Source of the DNA: Candidatus Latescibacterota bacterium
Lineage (GTDB): Bacteria; Latescibacterota; UBA2968
Direction: 5' to 3'
Assembly (NCBI GenBank): GCA_965116885.1
Contig: OZ220741.1
Span: 512,001 to 576,000, forward strand
DNA length: 64,000 bases
Shown in pieces: positions 10,219 to 20,551 of this stretch. The notes beneath the pieces are model-generated. The model had not been told where the DNA came from. It worked only from the letters and a program-made list of their open reading frames with translations, and searched no databases. Numbering within the stretch: the stretch's first letter is position 1; each line of letters starts with the position of its first letter. The position numbers and the translations under genes were made by a program.

Positions 10219-12525
10219 CTACTCATTCACAATCCGCGCCACCCAAATACTAATCTCGTACAAAACGATAAGCGGCAGCGCCATCAAAAGCTGAGACAAG
10301 GGGTCGGGAGGGGTCAAAATGGCTGCCAGTATAAACCCGAGCAAAAGCGCATAACGCCGTCCCTTTCGCATCCGATCGCGTGTTGCAATCCCCATCTTAG
10401 CCAGGAAAAACGTCAACACAGGCAACTCAAACACCAGGCCAAAAGCCACCAGAAGGCGCAGCACAAAACCGATATACTCCCCAATATCAAACTGCGGCTT
10501 CACAATCGTATCTTCAGCCATACCAACAAAAAACTTCATCGCCAGTGGGATAACCAGCCAGTAAGCCAAAATAGCACCAACGACAAAACACACAGTGGCC
10601 GAACCAATCACAAACGTCACAAACCGCCGCTCGCTGGCGAACAGACCGGGCGCGACAAACATCCAGACCTGAAAAATCAAAAACGGCAGCGCCAAAATCC
10701 CCCCGCCCACCAGCGCGATCTGCAACTTGACCATAAACATGCCCATCGGTCTTAAAGTCTGCAATATCAGTTCATCTTCCAATTCACGGGTAGGATGAAG
10801 CAGCACAGCCAAAATCTCATTGACAAAAATCCCGCAAAAAATCGCGCCTATAATAATCGCGGCCAAACCCTTCAAAATGCGCCACCGCAACTCCTCCAGA
10901 TGATCGAGAAAAGGCATCGGCTTGCCTTCATCGGGCAGATCTTCTTCATCGCGGTCTGGCATAATCGCCGGCACCGTACCTTCAGGCGGTGCAACATCCT
11001 CCTCCACCTCTCGCGGTCTCCGAATAGCAGACACCGCCAATCCCATTAACGCGATCACGCCGCACAACTGAGAAAACAAATCGCCAAACCGCATATAAAG
11101 CGTCTGCTCATTGCGCGGTGCAATCATCCCCGCCACAACAGCCTCGTGAAACAAACCCGTCTTTTGCTCTTGCCGCCCATAGGGATCGATAAACATCGAC
11201 ACACCCGTATTGGCACAGCGCACCACCCACCGCCTGTTTTCAACAGCCCTGAACGTCGCAATATCCGCGTGTTGATACGGCGCTGACGTGCGCCCGTACC
11301 ACCCATCATTGGTAATCACCACCAAAAACTCGGCACCCCGAACCATCATATCGCGCGCAAGCCAGGGAAACACCGAATCAAAACAAATCATCCCGGAAAA
11401 CTTTCCACCCGGCACCTCAAAAACCGTAAGCACCGTCCCACTCTCAAAATCGCCGCTGATATACCCCCCACCGCTCCACTGAAAATCGCGCAAAAACCCG
11501 AGCAATTTGGGAAAAGGCGCCCGCTCTCCAAACGGCACCACCTTCACCTTGTCGTAATGCGGCAAATCGCCCCCGCCCGGCTCAAACAAAAAAGAAGAAT
11601 TGTAAAGACGATCCCGCGCCGCGGCCTCAAAGCGATTCGCTCCCATATACAGATAAACGCCCAGCGAATCGACCAGCGCCTGCACCCGCGCCTGATACGC
11701 CTGATGCGACGCGCCTTCACTTTTCAAACGCGCCGGCAAAGCCGCCTCTGACCACACAACCAACCGCGCCCCCGTCTCCGCAGCCTGAATCGTCAAAGGC
11801 TCCAACTTGTTAAAATTGTGATCAAAACCCCAGTACGACTTCTCAACAGGCGGCACATTTTGTTGCACAATAGCGACCTTCAAATCGCCCTCAGCAACCG
11901 GCTCTGCCATGCGCCACAAACCAAATCCCGCCGGCAGTGCAAAAGCCAGAACCAGAACACCAACCATCAAACCGCGCCGCGCACTTTCCACTGCCTTAAA
12001 CGCAATCAGATTAACCACCACCACCCAGAACGACACCCCGTAAACCCCGGTCGCCTCTGCAATCTGGATCAAAGGCAAATAATCCACCTGCGTATGCCCG
12101 AGCAACATCCACGGAAAACCCATATCGCCCAGCGTATTGAAATATTCAAACCCCACCCACAAAAAAGGCACCATCCACAAACCCAGCCTGCCAACGCGCG
12201 CCATTGCAAACGACCACAACCACACAAACAGCCCCCGAAAAAGCGACATATACAAAATTGCCCCCGCCATACCCGGGGGGGTAATCCACGCAATCCAATA
12301 AACACTCGCACCGTAAAAAACCACACCCTGCAAAAAACCCGCGCCAAAAGCCACGCGCCCACGCAGATTTTCGACAACGGGAATCAGGGGCAACAAACTG
12401 ATACAGGCCAAAAAACCGAGCGGCAAAGGGGGAAATGCCGCTGCCATCAGCAAACCCGACAAAATCGGATATCCGATCACCAACTTCCAACCCCAGGCAT
12501 TGTCCTGCGTCGTATTATCCGTCAT
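10219..12525 (-). CDS. lnt-tatC: Apolipoprotein N-acyltransferase fused to twin-arginine translocase subunit TatC
   Basis: Single 768-aa ORF; Lnt triad motifs VVWSE, YDKVKVVPFGE, MICFD and RCANTG; TatC motifs FLDHLEELRWR, FVAPGL..SERR, FELPV, TPPDPLSQ. Confidence 0.9.
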   Translation of the reverse strand: MTDNTTQDNAWGWKLVIGYPILSGLLMAAAFPPLPLGFLACISLLPLIPVVENLRGRVAFGAGFLQGVVFYGASVYWIAWITPPGMAGAILYMSLFRGLFVWLWSFAMARVGRLGLWMVPFLWVGFEYFNTLGDMGFPWMLLGHTQVDYLPLIQIAEATGVYGVSFWVVVVNLIAFKAVESARRGLMVGVLVLAFALPAGFGLWRMAEPVAEGDLKVAIVQQNVPPVEKSYWGFDHNFNKLEPLTIQAAETGARLVVWSEAALPARLKSEGASHQAYQARVQALVDSLGVYLYMGANRFEAAARDRLYNSSFLFEPGGGDLPHYDKVKVVPFGERAPFPKLLGFLRDFQWSGGGYISGDFESGTVLTVFEVPGGKFSGMICFDSVFPWLARDMMVRGAEFLVVITNDGWYGRTSAPYQHADIATFRAVENRRWVVRCANTGVSMFIDPYGRQEQKTGLFHEAVVAGMIAPRNEQTLYMRFGDLFSQLCGVIALMGLAVSAIRRPREVEEDVAPPEGTVPAIMPDRDEEDLPDEGKPMPFLDHLEELRWRILKGLAAIIIGAIFCGIFVNEILAVLLHPTRELEDELILQTLRPMGMFMVKLQIALVGGGILALPFLIFQVWMFVAPGLFASERRFVTFVIGSATVCFVVGAILAYWLVIPLAMKFFVGMAEDTIVKPQFDIGEYIGFVLRLLVAFGLVFELPVLTFFLAKMGIATRDRMRKGRRYALLLGFILAAILTPPDPLSQLLMALPLIVLYEISIWVARIVNE

Positions 12526-12678
12526 CTATCTCTTTTAACCCCATCAATTCATAAACCATTCACAGCAAGAAGCACAAACAAAAATCCATGTTGCAAAAAA
12601 CACAAAGACTATGCAATATAAAGGCGGTTCAAACCCCTGTCAATTACCGTCCCAAAAAACAAACCCGGTCTATAACCC

Positions 12679-13866
12679 ATGCTACCCGACCTCAACTCAG
12701 AACTCCAGGCATTGCGCGAACAAAACCTCTACCGCTCGGTGCGACGTGTGGAAACCAGCCAGGAACCCCGCATCCGCATCAAAGGGCGGGAACTCATCCT
12801 CTTCTGCTCAAACAACTATCTGGGCCTCGCCAACCATCCCGTCCTCAAAGGTGCAGCCATCGAGGCACTCAACACCTATGGAAGCAGCACCGTAGCATCG
12901 GCACTCATCTCGGGATACATGCCCCCGCACGCCGACCTCGAAAGCGGCATGGCGCAATTCCTCGGCACAGAAGCCGCCATCGCATTTCCCACGGGCTACA
13001 CAGCCAACCTCGGCGTCATACCCGCCCTCATCAACCGCGACGACATCATTTTTAGCGACCAGTTAAATCACCGCAGCATCATCGACGGCTGTCGCCTCTC
13101 CCGCGCACAAATCGCCATCTACAACCACTGCGACATCGCCCACCTCGAAACCCAGCTCAAAACCTCGTCCTCCCATCGCCGTCGCCTCATCGTCACCGAT
13201 GGCGTCTTCTCAATGGACGGAGACATCGCCCCACTGCCCGAACTCGTCACCCTCGCCGAACAACACAACGCCATCCTCATGGTTGATGACGCCCACGCAA
13301 CCGGCGTCCTCGGCCCCAATGGCCGCGGCACCTTCGAACACTACGGCCTCTTCCCCGAAGCCATCGACATCCTCATGACCTCGGGCAGCAAAGCCCTCGG
13401 CGCATCCGGCGGTTTCATCTGTGGCAGCCGCGACCTCATCGACCTCATCCGCAACCGCTCCGCCGCGTACATCTACACCACCGCAATGCCGCCCGACGCC
13501 TGTGCATCCACCACCGCGGCACTCGACCTCATCCAGCACAATACCAGCTTGCGCCAACGCCTGTGGCACAACACAACAACCATCAGCCGGCATCTTCAAA
13601 CCCTCGGATTCGACCTCGCACAATCCCAAACCCACATCATACCCATACTCATAGGCGACGCCCAGAAAACCGTTGAAATATCCGAACACCTCTACAACCG
13701 CGGCATCTACCTCTACGGCATACGTCCCCCCACCGTCCCCGAAGGCCAAAGCCGTCTGCGCCTCTCCGTCATGGCAACCCATACCGACGAAGACATCGCC
13801 CAATTATTAGACGCCATGACCGAAGTGCGACATACTTTTTTTAATTATCAGGACCTACCCCCCTAA
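12679..13866 (+). CDS. bioF: 8-amino-7-oxononanoate synthase (class II PLP aminotransferase family)
   Basis: SNNYLGLA, SDQLNH.SIIDG, DGVFSMDGD, VDDAHATG, SKALG, IRPPTVP. Confidence 0.8.
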   Translation: MLPDLNSELQALREQNLYRSVRRVETSQEPRIRIKGRELILFCSNNYLGLANHPVLKGAAIEALNTYGSSTVASALISGYMPPHADLESGMAQFLGTEAAIAFPTGYTANLGVIPALINRDDIIFSDQLNHRSIIDGCRLSRAQIAIYNHCDIAHLETQLKTSSSHRRRLIVTDGVFSMDGDIAPLPELVTLAEQHNAILMVDDAHATGVLGPNGRGTFEHYGLFPEAIDILMTSGSKALGASGGFICGSRDLIDLIRNRSAAYIYTTAMPPDACASTTAALDLIQHNTSLRQRLWHNTTTISRHLQTLGFDLAQSQTHIIPILIGDAQKTVEISEHLYNRGIYLYGIRPPTVPEGQSRLRLSVMATHTDEDIAQLLDAMTEVRHTFFNYQDLPP

Positions 13867-13939
13867 CCCCCCTTCCTGCGAGGAAGGGGGGAACCAGGTC
13901 TCCCCTCCCCGCGTCGGGGAGGGGCCGGGGGAGGGGTCA
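13852..13939. repeat. C/G-rich double-hairpin interspersed repeat (MITE/REP-like), full copy
   Basis: GACCTACCCCCCTAACCCCCCTTCCTGCGAGGAAGGGGGG...GGGGCCGGGGGAGGGGTC; related copies at 35583 and 52770. Confidence 0.7.
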
Positions 13940-13970
13940 CATCGCTTCGGGCTATCAAATGGAGACCACC

Positions 13971-14738
13971 ATGTCCAATCCCCTCGACCACATCCGAATC
14001 GTACTCGTTGAACCCAAAGAACCCGGCAACATCGGCGCCGTGGCGCGCGCGATGAAAAACACGGGCTTATCGCACCTCTACCTCGTCAATCCCCCCGACC
14101 ACACCAGCGGCGAAGCCCGCGCAATGGCGCACGGATCGGGCGACATCCTCTACGGCGCCACCGTCGTATCCTCACTCGCCGAAGCACTCGCAGACGTATC
14201 GCTTGCCGTGGGCACATCCCATCGCAAACGCCGCGAATTCGACATCGTACACCCGCCTCAAACTGTGACAGACAAACTGTTATCCCTTCCCGAAAATCAC
14301 AAAGGCGCCATCGTCTTTGGCCGGGAAGAAAACGGACTGACCAACAACGAAATCCAACTGTGTCAGCTAATCTCCCGCATCCCCTCAGCCGTGCGCTACC
14401 CCTCCCTCAACCTGTCGCAAGCCACCCTCATCTACGGCTACGAACTCTTTCGCGCAACCCATACCGAAATCCCCTACAAACCATCGGAAGTCGATCTGGC
14501 CACGCACCGCGAACTCGAATCCATGTATGACCACATCCAAACCGCACTCGACAAACTCGGCTTTGTCTCGCGGCACCGCCCCCAGACCTTCATCCGATCC
14601 ATCCGCCGAATCTTCAGCCGCATCGACATGGAACACCGCGACGTAGCGACCATCCACCGCGTCTTCCGCCAGGTCGATCGCTTCATCGCGCGGCACGGCC
14701 TCGACCCCATCCCACCGCCCGACAAAAAAACAGAGTAA
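13971..14738 (+). CDS. TrmJ/TrmH-family SPOUT RNA methyltransferase
   Basis: IVLVEP..PGNIGAVARAMKNTG, VFGREENGL.N, SLNLSQA. Confidence 0.85.
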   Translation: MSNPLDHIRIVLVEPKEPGNIGAVARAMKNTGLSHLYLVNPPDHTSGEARAMAHGSGDILYGATVVSSLAEALADVSLAVGTSHRKRREFDIVHPPQTVTDKLLSLPENHKGAIVFGREENGLTNNEIQLCQLISRIPSAVRYPSLNLSQATLIYGYELFRATHTEIPYKPSEVDLATHRELESMYDHIQTALDKLGFVSRHRPQTFIRSIRRIFSRIDMEHRDVATIHRVFRQVDRFIARHGLDPIPPPDKKTE

Positions 14739-14753
14739 CCCTCTCTGAGACAG

Positions 14754-16103
14754 TCACCCCTCAAACCCCAGCGTCTCCAAAAGCGACAGACTCAAACTCT
14801 CCATAGCCGGCACTGTACCCACACCACCCAAAGACGACAGAGATGCCCACGTCTCATACCCTCCCTCTTGCGTCAATGCCTCATCTGTACACACATACCC
14901 GATAGACCCGTTTGCCAGACTCACCAGCATCAACGGCGAAGCCGACGTCTGCGCCTTGATCCGAAGGCCCGTCTCCACAAAAATCTCCCCCGGCAACGCC
15001 AGAATCGCCGCATCGCCCAACCGGATCGCCTGCACAGGTGCCGTCATCTGTTCCGGCAACGCCGCCAACCGCTGGCACTGCCTGGCATATACACCTACCC
15101 GATCCTTCCGCACCGGTTGTCCCACCACCCAGCTAAACGGCCCCTCCTCGTACTCATATCCACCTGCGAGAATCTGTTCGGCAATATCGAGATCCGTCTC
15201 TGTAATCACTTTCCTCGAAAATTCCAGCGTCCCCGTCACAGCCTCCAATGCCAGCTCCTCATCCAAATCCATCAACTGGATCTCCGTCAAAACATGCCCT
15301 GCCAGAACATTTGCCATCCGCCGCGCCCGGGGGTGCCCCCGATCCCGCCAAATCCGCTCGCCACTATAATCGTTGTTATTAATCTGTCCAGACGCCGCAT
15401 TCCACAAAATCGGCACGCAGTCCCCACCTATATAATGCCGCATCAAATTGAAAAACTGGCCAAAATAATCCGCCGACACCTGCCCGACACTGCCCGTTCC
15501 CACATAGTGCAGTGAAAAACTCGCCACCACCGAAATCGGCGTACCATCCACCCCCTCCACATACATCATCGCCAACTCCGGATCGATCTCTCCCATTGGC
15601 CGCACGAGATCCGGATTATTCAAACCCGGATTCATCCGCACCGTCCCATCCTTCATCAGCCAGCGCCGATAAAACGAAATACGATCCTCCATCACACTGG
15701 CAAACCCCGCCCGGGCAGGCTGCATTCTCTTGACAGCCAACTCCACGGCATCGGCCACTTTCAGCGGAAGCCATGTCGTATAACCCTCATCCTCGCCCAC
15801 ACCCAGAAGATTGCTCACCCCTGCTCCCGAATGCGTATGTGTCGCATTCACCATCACGCATTCAGGAGATATCCCACACCGCTCTTGAATGCGCGCCTTC
15901 ACGGCATTCGCAATCGGTTCTGGTATCGCAATCAAATCGCAGGTCACCATTGCAATCCTGACATCACCATTGTCGATCACCAGTGCCTTAGCCAGAAGCT
16001 CATCGTGTACATCCTCTCCGTATCGCGGATGAAAACTTCCCGGCATCGTAACACCCAGCCAGGGTGTAATATTGGACGTAGCAGCCCCTGCTTGCAATTT
16101 CAT
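14754..16103 (-). CDS. Neutral/alkaline ceramidase-like metal-dependent hydrolase
   Basis: VHDELLAKAL, NATHTHSG, SADYFG, LPGEIFVE, ANGSIGY, GGYE. Confidence 0.6.
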   Translation of the reverse strand: MKLQAGAATSNITPWLGVTMPGSFHPRYGEDVHDELLAKALVIDNGDVRIAMVTCDLIAIPEPIANAVKARIQERCGISPECVMVNATHTHSGAGVSNLLGVGEDEGYTTWLPLKVADAVELAVKRMQPARAGFASVMEDRISFYRRWLMKDGTVRMNPGLNNPDLVRPMGEIDPELAMMYVEGVDGTPISVVASFSLHYVGTGSVGQVSADYFGQFFNLMRHYIGGDCVPILWNAASGQINNNDYSGERIWRDRGHPRARRMANVLAGHVLTEIQLMDLDEELALEAVTGTLEFSRKVITETDLDIAEQILAGGYEYEEGPFSWVVGQPVRKDRVGVYARQCQRLAALPEQMTAPVQAIRLGDAAILALPGEIFVETGLRIKAQTSASPLMLVSLANGSIGYVCTDEALTQEGGYETWASLSSLGGVGTVPAMESLSLSLLETLGFEG

Positions 16104-16235
16104 AACTTTCCTCCCGTGTTAGATTTTACTTCATACCACCGTCATAACCTCATCGTATATTACAATATTCTGGCAACAAAAAAAGAAAAATGGAAACAGG
16201 GAATTTACCGCGTGAAACTCAATTTTTGAAAGCGG

Positions 16236-16264
16236 TTGACAGTGGTTTCTGTAACGCTTATTCT
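16236..16264 (+). promoter_or_regulatory. Sigma70-type promoter for pdxA
   Basis: TTGACA-17 nt-TATTCT just upstream of the AGGAGG RBS. Confidence 0.65.
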
Positions 16265-16284
16265 TTGAACAGGAGGTGGTTTTT

Positions 16285-17310
16285 ATGGCCGAATTAACAA
16301 AACGCCCGGTAATTGGTGTAACCGTGGGCGACCCGGCGGGAATTGGCCCAGAGGTCGTGATCAAAGCGCTGTGTGAACCGACGCTTTATAACAACGTAAA
16401 GCCACTGGTCTTTGCCGACCGATCTGTTTTGGAGCAAACGATAAAGATGCTGTGTGCGGATATAGATTTGCACGCTGTAAACAATCCGCGCAACGGGCAT
16501 TATGAAGTCGGGTGTATCGACTTTATCGACGTTGGGAGTTTGTCTGAGCCAATTGCCTATGGCCAAATCTCTGCCGAAGGTGGTCGGGCGGGATATCAAT
16601 ATTTGGACCGGGCAATTGATGCGGCTCTATCAGGTACCGTAGCTGGCCTATCCACAGCACCACTGAACAAAGAATCGTTGCAGGCCGCAAAGCTACCTTA
16701 TATCGACCATACTGCGATGCTCAATGCCCGAGCGGCATTGCGAGTGCCGATGACGCTATTTCTGGTAAAAAATTTGAAAATCTTCTTCCTCACCCGGCAC
16801 ATTTCCTTCCGAGAAATTCCAGATGCCATTACAAAAACGGGAATTCTGGAAGCACTGCCGCTGTGCGATCTGTATCTGCGGCAACTGGGAACTGAAACGC
16901 CGACCATAGCTGTGGCAGGCTTAAATCCACACGGCGGCGAACAGGGTCTGTTCGGACGAGAAGAAATCGAAGTCATCGGCCCCGCTGTAAAAGAAGCGAA
17001 AAAACGCGGATGGCGGGTACAGGGACCAATACCAGCGGACTCGGTATTTCATCTGGCACTGGAAGGGCGTTACGATGGGGTATTGTCGCTTTACCACGAC
17101 CAGGGACATATCGCATCCAAGACCCTGGACTTCCACGGAACAGTAAGTCTGACAATGGGACTGAAGTTTCTGCGCACATCAGTAGATCACGGAACAGCCT
17201 TTGACATTGCCGGACAGGGAATAGCATCAGAACGAGGCATGGTAGAAGCAATTCGCGCAGCCGGAAAATATGCGGTGCCGGTACGCGAGCGATTGGAAAT
17301 GAGTCGATAA
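16285..17310 (+). CDS. pdxA: 4-hydroxythreonine-4-phosphate dehydrogenase family
   Basis: GDPAGIGPE, TAPLNKE, GLNPHGGE, YHDQGHI, RTSVDHGTAFDIAG. Confidence 0.9.
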   Translation: MAELTKRPVIGVTVGDPAGIGPEVVIKALCEPTLYNNVKPLVFADRSVLEQTIKMLCADIDLHAVNNPRNGHYEVGCIDFIDVGSLSEPIAYGQISAEGGRAGYQYLDRAIDAALSGTVAGLSTAPLNKESLQAAKLPYIDHTAMLNARAALRVPMTLFLVKNLKIFFLTRHISFREIPDAITKTGILEALPLCDLYLRQLGTETPTIAVAGLNPHGGEQGLFGREEIEVIGPAVKEAKKRGWRVQGPIPADSVFHLALEGRYDGVLSLYHDQGHIASKTLDFHGTVSLTMGLKFLRTSVDHGTAFDIAGQGIASERGMVEAIRAAGKYAVPVRERLEMSR

Positions 17311-17311
17311 A

Positions 17312-17770
17312 ATGCCGTCAAACTACACCATTGCAAAAGAACTAAAGCGAGTGGCGGATTACCGTGAAATATGCGGTGAGGATCCAGCAGATTATCTCAA
17401 TGCCGCCTGGATGGTCCAGTCGTTTTCACGCGGCAGGCTGGACGAATTGTACCCGATTGAAGGCAGGGAACTACTGGAACGCACAAACGAATTTAGCGAC
17501 GAAGTGATAGACACAATCGTCGAAGTCATTGAAGGCAAAGAGGTCCGTGTGTTGCAGGAGCGGCAGGGCGTCCCTTTGACCGTGCTGGAATTGATCGAGA
17601 TTCGGGGGATCGGTGGCAAAATGGCCAGGCGCCTTTTTGGCGAATTGGGTGTGGTTGATCTGCAGGGCTTGCGGGCTGTCGTCGAGGACGGACAAATCAG
17701 CCAGGTAAAGGGGTTCAGGACAAAAACCATCGAGAAGATCACCGCTTTTCTGGACGAAAGGGGAGTGTAG
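17312..17770 (+). CDS. Stand-alone helix-hairpin-helix protein resembling the PolX N-terminus
   Basis: N..IAKEL..AD, VPLTVLELIEIRGIGGKMARRLF.ELGV, VKGFRTKT; no polymerase core. Confidence 0.6.
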   Translation: MPSNYTIAKELKRVADYREICGEDPADYLNAAWMVQSFSRGRLDELYPIEGRELLERTNEFSDEVIDTIVEVIEGKEVRVLQERQGVPLTVLELIEIRGIGGKMARRLFGELGVVDLQGLRAVVEDGQISQVKGFRTKTIEKITAFLDERGV

Positions 17771-17852
17771 ATTTATTTGTCTGAGGATATATACTTTGTT
17801 ATAGTTATAGTAACACATCTTAAAATTCACCCCTCCCTATGAGGACCGCACT

Positions 17853-20159
17853 ATGGCGATGAAAAAAGAAGACTATTTGGGAATTGAAAACTACAAAGTA
17901 GTGGGTACGCGACCGATACGGCACGATGGAACCGATAAAGTAACGGGCCGCGCGGTGTATGGACCAGACTTTCATCTGACCGGATCGCTATACGGCAAAA
18001 CACTGCGAAGCCCTCATGGACATGCGCGGATCAAATCCATCGACACCAGCAAAGCCGAGGCACTGCCCGGAGTAAAAGCCATAGTACTCGGAAAAGACCT
18101 CGTCCAAAATTACGAAGACAAAGTCTCCGACCTCGGTGAGGGATCGGTCGATCTGCGATTCTTAATCGCCAACGTACTCGCCGGAGACAAAGTCCTCTAC
18201 GACGGACACGCCATCGCAGCCGTAGCAGCCACCTCTGCACACATCGCAGAAGAGGCATTAAACCTCATCGACGTAGAATACGAAATACTCGAACCCGTCC
18301 TGGAAGTCCGCCGCGCAATGGAAAACGACGCCCCGTTATTACACGACGACTTAAAAATGAAATCTCTCGGCGAAGAAACGGACCTGGCGAGCAACATCGC
18401 AAATCACTTCCAGCACAAACAGGGAGACACAGAAAAGGGGTTTGAAGAAGCGGACGTAGTCATAGAGCGGGAATTTGCGACCGGAACAGTACATCAGGGA
18501 TACATCGAACCGCACAACGTAACCGCGCACTGGAGCGAAAACGGAAAGCTCACAATATGGTGCAGCACGCAGGGCCCATTTGAAGTGCGCGGCCAGGTCG
18601 CCGACGTACTCGGCCTCGAAGTGGGTGACATACGCGTCATCCCGCAGGAAATTGGGGGCGGATTTGGCGGAAAATTCCGCGTCTATGAAGAACCGACCGC
18701 CGCCCTGCTGGCGCAAAAAACCGGAAAACCCGTCAAAATGGTCATGTCCCGCACAGAAGTATTAAAAGCCACCGGACCAACGCCCGCATCCTACATCAAA
18801 GTCAAAATGGGCGCAACGCGGGACGGCATGATAACAGCGGCACAAGCCTACATGGCCTATGAAGCCGGAGCCTATCCCGGCTCTGCCGTAGGCGCTGGTG
18901 CGGGATGTATCTTCTCGCCTTACAGCATCCCAAACTCCCTCATCGACGGCTACGATGTCGTCGTAAACAAACCCCAATCGTCCGCCTACCGCGCACCCGG
19001 CGCAACCAACGCGGCATTTGCATCTGAAACAGTAATAGACGAAATATGCGAACAGATCGGAATGGACCCCCTCGAATTTCGATTGAAAAACGCGTCCAAA
19101 GAAGGCACGCGACGGGCAGATGGACCGGTCTTCTTGCGCATCGGCCAGGAAGAAGTCGTCAAAGCGGCCATGGCGCATCCGCACTACAGCGCGCCCCTTG
19201 AAGGACCGAATCGGGGACGCGGTGTCGCCGCTGGATTCTGGTTCAACGGCGGAGGCACATCAACAGTGGTCGCCAGTGTAAACCCGGACGGCACAGTAGC
19301 ACTCGTCGAAGGCTCGCCCGATATCGGAGGCACGCGCACCTCAGTCGCCATACAATTTGCCGAAGTCCTGAACCTTCCCATCGAAGACATAAAACCAAAT
19401 GTCACGGACACCGACGCAATCGGACAAACCGATGGAACGGGCGGAAGCCGCGTGACATTCGCAACCGGCTGGGCGAGCTATGAAGCCGCTCAAGATGTCA
19501 AGCGCCAAATGATAGAAAGAGCGGCGACATTATGGGAAATATCAAAAGACGACATCGTCTTTGAAGACGGAACCTTCCGCTCCAAATCGGACGCATCCAA
19601 ATCCATCACATTCAAAGAACTCGCCGGCAGAGTCAATCGCGCGGGCGGTCCGGTCGTAGGACGCGCTGCCGTAAGCGGCAAGCAGGCCGGCCCGGCATTC
19701 GCGCTATTAATCGTAGATGTCGAAGTAGATCCAGACACGGGCAAAGTAGATATCTTGCGGGCGACCATTGTTCAGGACGCTGGCAAAGCCATCTATCCCG
19801 GCTATGTAGAAGGGCAGATGCAGGGCGGCGTGGTACAGGGAATCGGATGGGCATTGAACGAGGAATTTGTGTACAATGACCAAGGCGTAATGGTCAACGC
19901 CTCTTTCCTCGATTATCGGATGCCCACAACACTCGACCTCCCCATGATAGAAACCGTCATCGTAGAAGTGCCCAACCCAGGGCATCCTTATGGCGTGCGA
20001 GGCGTGGGCGAAGTGCCCATTGTCCCGCCGCCAGCCGCAGTTGCCAATGCGATTTACCGCGCTGTTGGCATACGGCTAAACGAGTTACCCATGTCGCCAT
20101 CGCGAGTCCTGAAAGCACTGTGGAAAGCAGATGGCAGCCATGGTCAGGCAGCAGATTAA
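17853..20159 (+). CDS. Xanthine dehydrogenase-family molybdopterin-binding (large) subunit
   Basis: DKVTGRAVY, LRSPHGHARI, GGGFGGK, AYRAPG, EGQMQGG, GVRGVGE. Confidence 0.92.
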   Translation: MAMKKEDYLGIENYKVVGTRPIRHDGTDKVTGRAVYGPDFHLTGSLYGKTLRSPHGHARIKSIDTSKAEALPGVKAIVLGKDLVQNYEDKVSDLGEGSVDLRFLIANVLAGDKVLYDGHAIAAVAATSAHIAEEALNLIDVEYEILEPVLEVRRAMENDAPLLHDDLKMKSLGEETDLASNIANHFQHKQGDTEKGFEEADVVIEREFATGTVHQGYIEPHNVTAHWSENGKLTIWCSTQGPFEVRGQVADVLGLEVGDIRVIPQEIGGGFGGKFRVYEEPTAALLAQKTGKPVKMVMSRTEVLKATGPTPASYIKVKMGATRDGMITAAQAYMAYEAGAYPGSAVGAGAGCIFSPYSIPNSLIDGYDVVVNKPQSSAYRAPGATNAAFASETVIDEICEQIGMDPLEFRLKNASKEGTRRADGPVFLRIGQEEVVKAAMAHPHYSAPLEGPNRGRGVAAGFWFNGGGTSTVVASVNPDGTVALVEGSPDIGGTRTSVAIQFAEVLNLPIEDIKPNVTDTDAIGQTDGTGGSRVTFATGWASYEAAQDVKRQMIERAATLWEISKDDIVFEDGTFRSKSDASKSITFKELAGRVNRAGGPVVGRAAVSGKQAGPAFALLIVDVEVDPDTGKVDILRATIVQDAGKAIYPGYVEGQMQGGVVQGIGWALNEEFVYNDQGVMVNASFLDYRMPTTLDLPMIETVIVEVPNPGHPYGVRGVGEVPIVPPPAAVANAIYRAVGIRLNELPMSPSRVLKALWKADGSHGQAAD

Positions 20160-20176
20160 TCAGATAGGAAAACACA

Positions 20177-20551
20177 ATGGACTGGTTCTCTCAATACGGA
20201 TTTCTCGGTGCCCTGCTCCTCTCGGGCATTGTTCTCGGTGCAATCCCCGTCGTCCTGCCCCTGATCATATCCCCTCGCGCGCGCGGTCGCAAAAGCCGCG
20301 AAACCTACGAATGCGGCATGGACACAATTGGCAGTGCCTGGGTGCGCTTCGACATCGCCTATTATCTCTTTGCACTCATCTTTGTCGCGTTTGAAGTCGA
20401 TGTACTGTATATTCTTCCCATCGCCGTAATCTACGATTCGGGCACCTACGTCTGGCGCGACTTCATCGAACTCACAATCTTCGTCGGCATTCTTTTTCTC
20501 GCCATCATCTACGCCTGGAGCAAAGGCGTTTTGCACTGGAGAAGTCGATAA
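20177..20551 (+). CDS. nuoA: NADH-quinone oxidoreductase subunit A
   Basis: [28 protein letters not shown]. Confidence 0.93.
   Translation: MDWFSQYGFLGALLLSGIVLGAIPVVLPLIISPRARGRKSRETYECGMDTIGSAWVRFDIAYYLFALIFVAFEVDVLYILPIAVIYDSGTYVWRDFIELTIFVGILFLAIIYAWSKGVLHWRSR

Noticed and set aside
12679..13866. Biotin biosynthesis operon
   Set aside because: Only a bioF-like gene is present; no bioA/B/D nearby, so pathway context is unsupported.
17853..20159. Aerobic CO dehydrogenase CoxL
   Set aside because: The active-site loop is AYRAPG, not AYxCSFR.
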